Part shown: one piece after another, positions 50,312 through 60,333 of the stretch | Position numbering within the stretch: the stretch's first letter is position 1 | Layout of the letters: each line of letters starts with the position of its first letter | NCBI GenBank assembly: GCA_043757165.1 | Contig: JAYVPT010000040.1 | Coordinates: 60,786-124,785, forward strand | Origin: Ferruginibacter sp. | GTDB taxonomy: Bacteria; Bacteroidota; Bacteroidia; Chitinophagales; Chitinophagaceae | Length of the DNA: 64,000 bases | Reading direction: 5' to 3' | Position numbers and translations under genes: made by a program | Notes under the pieces: generated by a model | What the model was told of the DNA's origin: nothing | Seen by the model: only the letters and a program-made list of their open reading frames with translations | Databases searched by the model: none

Positions 50312-50338
50312 AGTAGCTAATCAATAAAGACAGGTTGC
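50312..50338 (-). promoter_or_regulatory. Putative ECF-sigma promoter
   Basis: GCAAC (50338-34), 17-nt spacer, CTACT (50316-12). Confidence 0.55.
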
Positions 50339-50352
50339 ATGGTATAAATATT

Positions 50353-50880
50353 TTACCATTTCGATGTAAACTCTTTCATAAAATCAGGGAAGTTTTTATT
50401 TTTATAAATACCATCACCAAAAAACTTTAGTGGGGCTTCCAGTTCCGAAGGTTTTAAAAATCCTGCTAATGGTGCAGGCTGGGCATCTAAACTTGATAAT
50501 AAAACCGTGGTTGGATAACCCATACGGCCAAACAAAAGATAAACCGCCAGGTCATTGGCTTTATAAGCCGGGTTATAACCATATTTTTTGCCACCCAGCT
50601 CAGCATAATCTTTCGATTCGGCATTGAATTTTACAGCATAATAATTTTCGTTGATATAACTGGCTACGGCATCATTTCCATAGGTTTCTTTATCCATCAC
50701 TTTACACCAGCCACACCAGTTGGTATACACATCAATGATTATAGGCCTGGGCTGCTTATTGTAAGCCACACTTAACTCACTCAGGCTTAACCATTTTACC
50801 TTTTCTTTTTTTGGAGGAGTAAAGGAAAAAATAACTATTGAAAGGGTAAGGAGAACAAAAAAATATTTAACCTTCTGCAT
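50353..50880 (-). CDS. Periplasmic thioredoxin-family protein (DUF255-like)
   Basis: DVYTNWCGWCKVMD and GYPTTV motifs; signal peptide. Confidence 0.9.
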   Translation of the reverse strand: MQKVKYFFVLLTLSIVIFSFTPPKKEKVKWLSLSELSVAYNKQPRPIIIDVYTNWCGWCKVMDKETYGNDAVASYINENYYAVKFNAESKDYAELGGKKYGYNPAYKANDLAVYLLFGRMGYPTTVLLSSLDAQPAPLAGFLKPSELEAPLKFFGDGIYKNKNFPDFMKEFTSKW

Positions 50881-50934
50881 GAAATAATTGTTTTGTAGTT
50901 TTAATTGGGATACGCAAAAAATAAACGAAAATTT

Positions 50935-51492
50935 ATGAATAAAATTGTGATAGCCATTACGGGTGCAAGTGGTTCAATTTATCCAAAATTATTATTGGAT
51001 AAACTAATAAACGTAAAAGAACAGTGGACGGATTTAGCTGTGGTGATGACAGCAAATGCCAAAGAGGTATGGAAAACGGAATTAGATAACGAAGATTATA
51101 AAAACCTTCCGGTGAAAATATATACCCAACAGGATTTTAATGCACCATTTGCATCAGGTTCAGGGCAATTTAATACCATGATAATTATTCCCTGCAGTAT
51201 GGGTACTTTGGGGAGGGTTGCTTCAGGTATTTCAAACGATTTAATTACAAGGGCGGCCGATGTAGTTTTAAAAGAACGTAGAAAACTGATTTGTGTGGCA
51301 AGGGATATGCCTTACAATCTTATTCATATCCGCAATATGGAAACAGTAACATTAGCAGGCGGTATCATTTGTCCTGCCACACCATCTTTTTACAGTAAAC
51401 CAAAAACCATTGAAGATGTTGCTACCACGGTTGTAGACAGGGTGCTTGATCTGGCAGGTATTGATATTAAAACTTTCAGGTGGGGAAAATAA
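50935..51492 (+). CDS. ubiX: Flavin prenyltransferase
   Basis: IAITGASG, ASGS, PCSMGTL, RAADVVLKERRKL and PATPSFY motifs. Start moved to ATG 50935. Confidence 0.94.
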   Translation: MNKIVIAITGASGSIYPKLLLDKLINVKEQWTDLAVVMTANAKEVWKTELDNEDYKNLPVKIYTQQDFNAPFASGSGQFNTMIIIPCSMGTLGRVASGISNDLITRAADVVLKERRKLICVARDMPYNLIHIRNMETVTLAGGIICPATPSFYSKPKTIEDVATTVVDRVLDLAGIDIKTFRWGK

Positions 51493-51564
51493 AAAAGAGA
51501 TTGCTTTATTCAACCTCTTTTTATAAAAATATTTTTTAAGTGCTTCTGGCCTCAGTGGCAAAAA

Positions 51565-52230
51565 TTATCTTAAATCAACTACTTCCACACCAGGATATTT
51601 CTTTGCATCAAAAACAAATTGTGCATCTGCAACAGCGCCTGTGGTATTCATGCTGTTTACCGTATAAGTAAAACGGTTTCCTGTTTTCTCAAATACTTTT
51701 GTAGCACTGATTGTTTTTGATGCCTTGTTTATTGATACCAATACTTTATGAAAGGCTTTTGTTTTATCAATTGGGGTAAGCTCCACTTCCTGTACACCTT
51801 TAACTTCGCCATTAAGTTTATATAAAAAATCCTTATCGTAAAAATTAGTGAATAATTTTTGTGGTGTAATAGTATTGTTGGTAGGGTCTAATTTACTAAT
51901 GGTTACTTCATTGCTGCTTTTGTCGTAGGTCCACACGTTGCTGCCATCACAAAAAATTTCCTGTGGGGTATCGCCGGCAACACTTATCCTGTACTTGGTG
52001 CCTTTCATATAAACAGTACCGCTTTTAGGTTTACCCATATTATTACCGGCACCGGTTTCCATTTTTAATATAAATTTTGCCGTTACACTTTTAAAAGTTT
52101 TAAACTTGGCGCTTACAGCATCCAATACTTTTTTAGCAGCAGGATCGCTTTGGCCCATTCCCTTTGGAACTTGTGCATTGATGGTCATCACACTCAATAC
52201 CATTAATAGCAAACCGTATAATTTCTTCAT
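51565..52230 (-). CDS. lolA: Outer-membrane lipoprotein carrier LolA
   Basis: GTVYMKGTKYR, IFCDGSNVWTYD...NEVTI and FVFDAKKYPGVEVVDLR motifs. Confidence 0.85.
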   Translation of the reverse strand: MKKLYGLLLMVLSVMTINAQVPKGMGQSDPAAKKVLDAVSAKFKTFKSVTAKFILKMETGAGNNMGKPKSGTVYMKGTKYRISVAGDTPQEIFCDGSNVWTYDKSSNEVTISKLDPTNNTITPQKLFTNFYDKDFLYKLNGEVKGVQEVELTPIDKTKAFHKVLVSINKASKTISATKVFEKTGNRFTYTVNSMNTTGAVADAQFVFDAKKYPGVEVVDLR

Positions 52231-52479
52231 TTTTTACAAATGTTATTTTAAATTAATAGCTCTTTTTCAAGGCGTCGCAAAGATATGGTAATAGATGGTT
52301 TTATACAACCATGGTTTAACAGGTACTGTTTAAGGAACTGTTAATGTATGGCCAATGCCAAAATAAACAGAATAACATCCCGTTAATCTGTCAGGAATAA
52401 TTAATTTGCAATCACTCAACTCAACATTTCGGTTTAACTCAACTTTCGATTCTTTTTATTATTCATTTAACTATTTAAA

Positions 52480-53679
52480 ATGACAGAAAGAAATGTTGCC
52501 CTTTCTCAAAGGGAGAGTTATACGCCATCGCAATTCAGCGAATTTTTATGGTGGTTATCTACAGCCGAAAAAGAGATCTTAATTGATTCGGTGGTGGACA
52601 GGAACCGTTACCGCATTATTGGGATGACGGTGCTTGGCACCTGGGCCTTTGCCACATTTACCTGGACGTATTTTTTCAGCACCATTATAGATTCTTTGTT
52701 AATTGCTGTTGCGCTGGGTCTGTTTATGGGCTTTATTATTCTTACTATAGACAGGGCTTTAATAAAAGGCATTACCAAATTCAATAAGAAAAAATTTACG
52801 CCATTACTGTTCCGTGCATTATTGGCCATTACCATCGGCACATTCATGGCACAGCCTGCAGTGTTGTATATGTTTGATAAGGAAATAAAAATGCAGACAT
52901 CGCTGGATAATGAAAAACGCAAAATGGTAAAGCGGCAGGAACTGGACTCTTTATTTAGTAATAGAAAAAATGAACTGTTAAGTCAAAAAGAAAAAATAAA
53001 AACTGAATTAGGAAATAAATATGCTGATGTTAGTAAGGCAAGAGAAAATTTTTTGGGCGAAACTGATGGAAGTGGTGGTACAGGAAAAATTGGTATTGCA
53101 GCTATTGCACTGGCCAAACGGAATGAATATCAAAAACTGGATGGTGAGTACCAGGCGTTATTAAAAACTGAACAGCTTAGACTGGATGTTGCAGAAAAAG
53201 AATTGAATGAAATGGAAGGGAAGATAAAAGTTGAAGAAACCGCTTTTACACAATATCTCAACACTGGTTTTTTAACAAGGGTGGAGGCATTGAATAATTT
53301 ATTAAAAAATAATCCTGCTTTACAATACCGCTATTACCTCATTGTTTTTTTATTGATGCTGATAGAACTGATGCCTGTGATAGCAAAGACTTTATTATCC
53401 AGTGGCAGTTACGACGAAAAAGTAATGCTTAGAGAAGAAATGGAAGTGGAAATTGCCCACAGCAATATCCGCAAAGAGCAGCAGTTAAAAGAAATGTATA
53501 ACCAGATGGCACATGAATATGATGGCGAAGCCATTACTGCATTCTTCCGGCTTACCAAAGATGACAGGAATGAAAAGATGAAAGACTTCAGTAAAAAATG
53601 GAAAGAAGAAAATCACCAAACCTTTGACGGACTTTGGGAAAAGATGAAGAAAGAGATTTTGACCAAGCAGGAGAATTAA
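52480..53679 (+). CDS. DUF4407-like membrane / coiled-coil protein
   Basis: Three N-terminal TMs, IDRAL, GETDGSGGTGKIG, a long coiled coil, an internal TM and a charged tail. Confidence 0.7.
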   Translation: MTERNVALSQRESYTPSQFSEFLWWLSTAEKEILIDSVVDRNRYRIIGMTVLGTWAFATFTWTYFFSTIIDSLLIAVALGLFMGFIILTIDRALIKGITKFNKKKFTPLLFRALLAITIGTFMAQPAVLYMFDKEIKMQTSLDNEKRKMVKRQELDSLFSNRKNELLSQKEKIKTELGNKYADVSKARENFLGETDGSGGTGKIGIAAIALAKRNEYQKLDGEYQALLKTEQLRLDVAEKELNEMEGKIKVEETAFTQYLNTGFLTRVEALNNLLKNNPALQYRYYLIVFLLMLIELMPVIAKTLLSSGSYDEKVMLREEMEVEIAHSNIRKEQQLKEMYNQMAHEYDGEAITAFFRLTKDDRNEKMKDFSKKWKEENHQTFDGLWEKMKKEILTKQEN

Positions 53680-53680
53680 A

Positions 53681-53714
53681 TGAATTGCCCGGGGTTTAAA
53701 CCCCGGGCAATTCA
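53681..53714. repeat. Perfect 34-bp palindrome (terminator/REP-like)
   Basis: TGAATTGCCCGGGGTTT|AAACCCCGGGCAATTCA. Confidence 0.85.
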
Positions 53715-53737
53715 ACAATTCCTTATTTTTGCGCCCT

Positions 53738-56329
53738 ATGGCAAAAGCTACGGCCGAAACTCCCTTAATGCAACAACACAATGCCATAAAGGCAAGATAC
53801 CCTGATGCCATTTTATTGTTCAGGGTAGGGGATTTTTATGAAACTTTTGGGCAGGATGCAGTTAAAGCATCTTCAGTTTTAGGGATAACTCTTACCAAAA
53901 GAAATAATGGTGATGCCAATTCCTCTCAACTGGCAGGTTTTCCCCATCATGCTTTAGATACTTACTTACACAAATTAGTAAAAGCCGGTTACCGCGTTGC
54001 CATTTGCGACCAATTAGAAGATCCTAAGCAAGCCAAAGGAATTGTAAAACGTGGGGTAACAGAACTGGTTACTCCAGGTGTTGCCACCAACGATAAATTA
54101 TTAGAACATAACAGCAATAATTTTTTAGCTGCCCTGCATTTTAATGATGATAAAATTGGTATTGCATTTTTAGACATCAGCACCGGCGAATTTTTTTTAG
54201 CCGAAGGCGATGCTGCCTATGCCGATAAATTATTACAAAGTTTAAAACCTGCCGAAGTAATTTTTCAGCGCAACAGGCAAAAACAATTCAAAGAATTATT
54301 TGGGGTAAAGTTTTTTACTTACACTTTAGATGAATGGATCTTTGCAGAAGCCTACGCCAATGAAAGTTTATTAAAACATTTTGGTACCCACAGCTTAAAA
54401 GGTTTTGGTATTGAAAATTTGCATAACGGTATCATTGCAGCCGGAGCAATTTTACATTATTTAAAAGATACCGAGCATCCAAACCTTGGGCATATTACTT
54501 CCATACAGCGCATAGACAGGGAAGAACATTTATGGATGGACCGTTTTACCATCCGAAATTTAGAATTACTGGGTGGTGATGGCAGTAATACTTTACTACA
54601 GGTAATGGATAATACCGTAAGCGCAATGGGAGCAAGATTACTGAAACGCTGGCTTATAATGCCGCTGAATGATATTGCTAAAATAAACGAACGCTTAAAT
54701 ACAGTAGAGTTTTTTATTAAAGAAGTTGATACAAGAAATAAAATAAGCCAAAATATTAAACTGGCAGGCGATGTGGAAAGATTAGTGAGTAAAGTGCCAC
54801 TTAAAAAAGTAAATCCACGTGAAGTACTGCAAATTGCAAAAGGCCTGCAACAAACAGAAGCCATTAAATCCATTTGCGAAAATACATCGAATGATTATTT
54901 AAAAAGATTGGGAGACTCACTCAATCCCTGTAAATATATTTTAGATAAGATCATTCACGAGCTGAATGAGAACCCACCTGCAGCCGCTGCAAAAGGTAGT
55001 GTAATTGCAAATGGTATTAATGAAGAGCTGGACAGCTTAAGAAAAATTGCCAGCGGTGGAAAAGATTATTTAATAGAGCTGCAACAAAAAGAAGCATTGG
55101 CCACAGGTATCTCTTCTTTAAAAATAAGTTTCAATAATGTTTTCGGCTATTACCTCGAGGTAACACATGTACACAAAACTAAAGTGCCCGAAACATGGAT
55201 ACGTAAACAAACATTAGTAAATGCAGAACGTTACATTACTCCCGAATTAAAAGAATACGAAGAAAAAATTGTTGGGGCAGAGGATAAGATCTTAGCTATA
55301 GAAATGCAGCTCTTCGAAAAATTACTGAACGAATTGCAGGATTATATTGCGCCCATGCAGGTTAACGGGCATGTGATGGCAGTGCTGGATTGCCTGGCAT
55401 GTTTTGCAAACAATGCTTTGCATTTTAATTATAAAAAACCGTTGATGCACAGCGATACGGTGTTGGATATTAAAGAAAGCCGCCACCCGGTAATAGAAAG
55501 AAATTTACCTGTTGGCGAACCTTATATTGCTAATGATATTTTACTCGATCCATCGGCACAACAAATAATTATTTTAACCGGACCGAACATGAGCGGTAAG
55601 AGTGCGATATTACGCCAGACTGCACTCATTACCTTAATGGCGCACATGGGAAGTTTTGTGCCGGCAACTGATGCAAAAATTCCACTAACAGATAAGATAT
55701 TTACCAGGGTAGGGGCCAGCGATAATTTAAGCGGCGGCGAAAGTACATTTATGGTGGAGATGAATGAAACGGCAAGTATCATCAACAATATTACCAACCG
55801 CAGCCTGATATTATTAGATGAGATAGGAAGAGGAACATCTACTTACGATGGTATTTCCATAGCATGGAGCATTGTGGAATTTTTATATAACAGTCCGCAT
55901 GCACCCAAAACATTATTTGCCACACATTACCACGAGTTGAATGAACTGGAGAATAAATTACCCCGTGTAAAAAATTATCATGTTACCAATAAAGAAGTGG
56001 GCAATAAAATAATCTTTCTGCGTAAACTGGCACCCGGTGGCAGTACCCATAGTTTTGGTATTCATGTGGCACGTATGGCAGGCATGCCACCATCGCTTAT
56101 TAACCGGGCCAACGAAATTTTAGTGCAGCTGGAGGAGAGCCGTGAAAGCAGTAAGACAGATGATACTATTAAACAATTAAGTACACCTAAAATGCAACTC
56201 AGCATTTTTGATGCCCACTCTGATACATTTGAGGAGATAAGAAAATTACTGGAAGCTGTTGATATAAACCGCCTGACTCCTGTGGAAGCATTGTTGAAAT
56301 TGCAGGAGATAAAAAGTAAAGTAAAATAA
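53738..56329 (+). CDS. mutS: DNA mismatch repair protein MutS
   Basis: TPLMQQH, FRVGDFYETF, TGPNMSGKS, GESTFMVEM, DEIGRGTS and HSFGIHVA motifs. Confidence 0.98.
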   Translation: MAKATAETPLMQQHNAIKARYPDAILLFRVGDFYETFGQDAVKASSVLGITLTKRNNGDANSSQLAGFPHHALDTYLHKLVKAGYRVAICDQLEDPKQAKGIVKRGVTELVTPGVATNDKLLEHNSNNFLAALHFNDDKIGIAFLDISTGEFFLAEGDAAYADKLLQSLKPAEVIFQRNRQKQFKELFGVKFFTYTLDEWIFAEAYANESLLKHFGTHSLKGFGIENLHNGIIAAGAILHYLKDTEHPNLGHITSIQRIDREEHLWMDRFTIRNLELLGGDGSNTLLQVMDNTVSAMGARLLKRWLIMPLNDIAKINERLNTVEFFIKEVDTRNKISQNIKLAGDVERLVSKVPLKKVNPREVLQIAKGLQQTEAIKSICENTSNDYLKRLGDSLNPCKYILDKIIHELNENPPAAAAKGSVIANGINEELDSLRKIASGGKDYLIELQQKEALATGISSLKISFNNVFGYYLEVTHVHKTKVPETWIRKQTLVNAERYITPELKEYEEKIVGAEDKILAIEMQLFEKLLNELQDYIAPMQVNGHVMAVLDCLACFANNALHFNYKKPLMHSDTVLDIKESRHPVIERNLPVGEPYIANDILLDPSAQQIIILTGPNMSGKSAILRQTALITLMAHMGSFVPATDAKIPLTDKIFTRVGASDNLSGGESTFMVEMNETASIINNITNRSLILLDEIGRGTSTYDGISIAWSIVEFLYNSPHAPKTLFATHYHELNELENKLPRVKNYHVTNKEVGNKIIFLRKLAPGGSTHSFGIHVARMAGMPPSLINRANEILVQLEESRESSKTDDTIKQLSTPKMQLSIFDAHSDTFEEIRKLLEAVDINRLTPVEALLKLQEIKSKVK

Positions 56330-56448
56330 TTTTTTTGCGCCATTTATGTAATTAATAAGCCAGCGGGCATGTTTTACCTGTTAAAAGCTGTTAACATCTG
56401 CAGCGAAACTTCCTTATAAAGCATCTTTATAATACTTTTGTAATACGT

Positions 56449-58515
56449 ATGTTTAAAAAATTACTTTATTTATTAATCATTATAGTTGTTGTAGAAAATA
56501 ATGCAGGTGCGCAAACCTGCAGCCTTCCTGGTATGACGCCGGACCAGGCTATTCCTGTTTGTGGTACAGCAGTATTTCACCAGTCGTTGGTAACAGATTG
56601 TACTGGAGACAATATTGCTCATAGCGGATGCCCCGAAGCAGTAACTTCCAATAAATCTTTTTGGTATAAGTTTACCTGTTTTCAAACCGGTACTTTAGGT
56701 TTTTTGATCAGCGGCATTTCCAATACAGATGATTACGACTGGATACTGGTTGATATAACCGGACATAATCCAACTGATGTATTCACTGATCCTTCATTAC
56801 AGGTTTCTTTAAATTTATATGGCACACTTGGTAACGGATCAGGTGCTCCATATCCTAATTCTCCTACGGGCTGCCGATCATCTGCTGCAGGAGGCGTGCA
56901 TTGCTCCGGCGATGCTGCAGGTAATTCACCATTTAACAGTATGCCTGTTATAACTATGGGGCATGATTATTTGTTAATGGTAACTAACTGGACAAGAGGC
57001 AGCACACAGGGCTACGACCTGTCTTTTACCGGAGGTACCGCAAGTATTACCGATCCCAAAGAACCGCACTTACAAAACTCAAGAGCAATTTGTGATGGTA
57101 CACAGGCTGTAATTAAAACCAATAAGCGTATGAAGTGTGGCTCACTTTCTGCCAATGGTTCAGAATTCACCATTACACCACCTGTAGCAAATGTTATCGC
57201 TGCTTCAGGTTTTGGATGCAGTAATGGATTTGATATGGATTCTGTAATTCTTACACTTGATAATCCATTGCCACCGGGTAATTATACCATCGCTGTAAAA
57301 AATGGTGCCGATGGCAATACTTTAAAAGATAATTGCGACAGAACGATTCCTGTTGGGGAAAGTATTCCTATGGTGGTGTATCCGGTATTTCCAACACCAA
57401 TGGATAGTATTGATAAAGTATTTTGTGCGCCTGACGAACTGCAATTAAATTTTAGTAAACAGCTCAGGCTGATCCGTTGCAATAGTATTGCAGCCGATGG
57501 CAGCGATTTCAGGATAAATATGATTTCGGGTACCTCACCAGTTACCGTAATCGGGGCATCGGGAACCTGTGCTGCTGATGGATTAACTCCGGTTATTAAA
57601 ATTAAATTGTCGGCCCCAATACAAACAAAAGGTGTGTACCAGTTACAATTACAAAAAGGCAGCGACGGTAATACTATTATAAATGAATGCGGACAGGAAA
57701 CTCCAATGCCTGCCACAATAAATTTTTCTACAAAAGATACAGTGAATGCAGATTTTACCTACAATGTTTTACTGGGTTGTAAAACCGATATTGTAAATTA
57801 TTTTCACGATGGCAGAAACGAAGTAAATTTCTGGAAATGGAATTTTGATAATATCCGCAGCAGCGGTTTACAAAATCCTTCCGTTGGCTATGTTGCATTC
57901 GGGCAAAAAACTGCACAGTTAATTGTTTCAAATGGTGTGTGCAGGGATACTTCTGCAATTGCCACCATTTTTTTAGATAATTATTTAAAGGCAGCCTTTG
58001 AAGCGACTGCAGTAGTTTGTCCGGCTGATACCGCTTCATTTAAAGACAACAGCGTAGGTAATATTTTACAATGGCACTGGGATTTTGGAAATGGAAATAT
58101 CAGTTTGCTGCAACAACCTTTGCCGCAGGTTTATCCTTTTTCAAATTTTATACGTGATGTACCGGTGCAGCTGATTGTTACCAACAATATTGGTTGCAGC
58201 GATACGGCAGTGCAGAAAATTACAGTGGTGGGCAACTGTTATATTGCGGTGCCTAATGCATTTACGCCAAACAATGATGGGCTGAATGATTATTTATATC
58301 CTTTAAATGCGTACAAAGCCAAAGACCTTATTTTTAAAGTGTATAACCGTTTTGGGCAGTTAATGTTTTCAACCACCAACTGGACCAATAAATGGGATGG
58401 AACTTTTAAAGGACAGGGTGCCGACCCTGCAACTTATGTATGGATACTGCAATACACCCATACCGATACCGGCAAACGTGTGGAGCAAAAGGGAACAACA
58501 ATTCTTTTACGATAA
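56449..58515 (+). CDS. Secreted Cys-rich protein with PKD/Ig domains and a T9SS type B CTD
   Basis: Signal peptide, WHWDFGNG PKD motif and VPNAFTPNNDGLND...YNRFGQ...WDG...KGTTILLR. Confidence 0.9.
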   Translation: MFKKLLYLLIIIVVVENNAGAQTCSLPGMTPDQAIPVCGTAVFHQSLVTDCTGDNIAHSGCPEAVTSNKSFWYKFTCFQTGTLGFLISGISNTDDYDWILVDITGHNPTDVFTDPSLQVSLNLYGTLGNGSGAPYPNSPTGCRSSAAGGVHCSGDAAGNSPFNSMPVITMGHDYLLMVTNWTRGSTQGYDLSFTGGTASITDPKEPHLQNSRAICDGTQAVIKTNKRMKCGSLSANGSEFTITPPVANVIAASGFGCSNGFDMDSVILTLDNPLPPGNYTIAVKNGADGNTLKDNCDRTIPVGESIPMVVYPVFPTPMDSIDKVFCAPDELQLNFSKQLRLIRCNSIAADGSDFRINMISGTSPVTVIGASGTCAADGLTPVIKIKLSAPIQTKGVYQLQLQKGSDGNTIINECGQETPMPATINFSTKDTVNADFTYNVLLGCKTDIVNYFHDGRNEVNFWKWNFDNIRSSGLQNPSVGYVAFGQKTAQLIVSNGVCRDTSAIATIFLDNYLKAAFEATAVVCPADTASFKDNSVGNILQWHWDFGNGNISLLQQPLPQVYPFSNFIRDVPVQLIVTNNIGCSDTAVQKITVVGNCYIAVPNAFTPNNDGLNDYLYPLNAYKAKDLIFKVYNRFGQLMFSTTNWTNKWDGTFKGQGADPATYVWILQYTHTDTGKRVEQKGTTILLR

Positions 58516-58564
58516 TTTTTTCTTCATACAAAGCAATAAGATTTTTAAAACCTTATAGCTTTAT

Positions 58565-59086
58565 TTACCCCATCAATTTTTTTCTTTCTTCCCTTTCCAA
58601 TCTGAGCATGGCGCCAAAATCCATTTTGTTGAGCATGGTGCGTATTACCAATGCAATGCGTTTTGTCTTGGTGGCATCGGTTTTTGCACTGTCGATCCAT
58701 TTAGTATAATAATTGCGGTGCCCCTGTGGTAAGGAGTTATAATGTTTTACAGCTTCGGGTTCGTCAGCCATACATTCTAATAATTCAGATGGGGGAAGTA
58801 TCGGCGCTTTATCAACCTCCAGTTCAACTTTTAGCGTGGCACCTTTTTGTTTGCGTATACCCTTACGCATGGCCGCATTTATAGCCATAATAAAATCGCC
58901 TTCGCCCATTGGCATCAGCGCTACTTTCTCAATTTTAAAATCATCCAGTTTGCCTTTTACACGGAAAGATTTTTTATTGCCGGGGCTTAACTGCTTTGCA
59001 ATTTTTGCAGGAATGGTGATATAAGTCCATCCGGTCTTTTCGCCCTGCCTGTCGAATTTTAATATGGTGGTGGAAAATTTTATCAT
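58565..59086 (-). CDS. DUF1905 + YdeI/OmpD-associated domain protein
   Basis: KTGWTYITIP, RVKGKLD and YYTKWIDSAKTDATKTKRI motifs. Confidence 0.85.
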   Translation of the reverse strand: MIKFSTTILKFDRQGEKTGWTYITIPAKIAKQLSPGNKKSFRVKGKLDDFKIEKVALMPMGEGDFIMAINAAMRKGIRKQKGATLKVELEVDKAPILPPSELLECMADEPEAVKHYNSLPQGHRNYYTKWIDSAKTDATKTKRIALVIRTMLNKMDFGAMLRLEREERKKLMG

Positions 59087-59452
59087 TGCTCATATAATAT
59101 TACAACTTTTGTTTTTTATCATTTTCTTTTTTCAGGATGATAGTCATAAAGATCCTGATTCGGTTGTTATTGCCAGGTAAATATATAACCGGAAAAATAT
59201 CCCAAACGATTAATTGAATAAGAATTGTGTTATGTTACCTTTTGTTGTTGGTAAAAAACCTGACGACAGCGGAGACTAACGGTGGCTAAAAATTAAAGCA
59301 TATCTACAGCCCAATCTATAGCTTCGTCCATATTGAATCCGGGATCTATTTATGTGCTAATACTTTGCTTGTATAGATGCTCGTTTCCTTCATTAAGTAG
59401 CTTTAAGATTACATCCAACTTGTAGCAATGTAATGTTGGTTGCAGTTTTATT

Positions 59453-60064
59453 TCAACGGATTATTTGTAATCGATTAATTACCGGGGGATTTTTAGTTTT
59501 TCTAATAAAAGCTAAAATTGCAATTGCTAATAAAGAACCAAAAACTAAGACAACATTTTTGACTCCGTAAGAAGCTATAGCCAAAGCAATACCGGTTATG
59601 GAATTGTAATGTCCACTTGAAATTTCATATTGCTTTCCCTCATCATAGCCTATTGCGTAGTATAAAGTATATAAGAAAATAACTAAAACTACTGCCATTG
59701 CAATTAAAGGCTTCTTTCCAGCCTTTAATTTAGAATATTTTTCAATAGAGGATGTAACTTTAGGGATATTGTCTTTAAAATAATTAAAGATTTCAGTTCT
59801 TAAAAGTTCACCTCTGATTTTAAGGTGTTCAGAAGAGTCTTGACCAAATAAAACTTCTATATAGTTCTTACCTTCTTGTAACAAAATTTCTTTTATATAA
59901 GGTGTAGGGATTCTAATATAATTACTAGTTGGAATTATTCCATTTCGTATATCATTTATGCAATGATCAATTTCGCTGTTTTTAGGGTTGCATTTATAAA
60001 TTGTTTGATTAATAAAAGCAATAACCTTGTCATCAGTATTTTCATCGCATCTCCAAACTTTCAT
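59453..60064 (-). CDS. AT-rich orphan membrane protein
   Basis: 203-aa ORF with two C-terminal TMs; composition differs from the flanking housekeeping genes. Confidence 0.7.
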   Translation of the reverse strand: MKVWRCDENTDDKVIAFINQTIYKCNPKNSEIDHCINDIRNGIIPTSNYIRIPTPYIKEILLQEGKNYIEVLFGQDSSEHLKIRGELLRTEIFNYFKDNIPKVTSSIEKYSKLKAGKKPLIAMAVVLVIFLYTLYYAIGYDEGKQYEISSGHYNSITGIALAIASYGVKNVVLVFGSLLAIAILAFIRKTKNPPVINRLQIIR

Positions 60065-60201
60065 AAGTCTTAATTTTCGTGTTTTAATATTAAAAGCTCT
60101 TCATTATAAATTGCAGCTGATGAATTACTTTTATTTGTTGAATAAAAATAATCTTTAATAACTAAAAGCAAAAGATTATTTCTCACTTTGTAAAAGCTCA
60201 G

Positions 60202-60232
60202 CAAAGATATTCTGCACAAGAGTGCGACGCCA
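60202..60232. repeat. Dispersed promoter-bearing repeat, copy D
   Basis: caaagata-ttctgcacaagagtgcgacg-cca; 24/29 identical to copy E. Confidence 0.7.
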
Positions 60233-60267
60233 CCGCAGCCAAATAGTAATTCTAAAGACTGGCTCAT

Positions 60268-60295
60268 AAAAAAAATCCCGTCAATAACGACGGGA
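60268..60295 (-). terminator. sucC terminator
   Basis: TCCCGTC/GACGGGA stem with a U8 tail on the minus strand. Confidence 0.8.
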
Positions 60296-60333
60296 CCTTA
60301 CAATTGTATTAGTAGAAGATTTCTCTGTGATGA

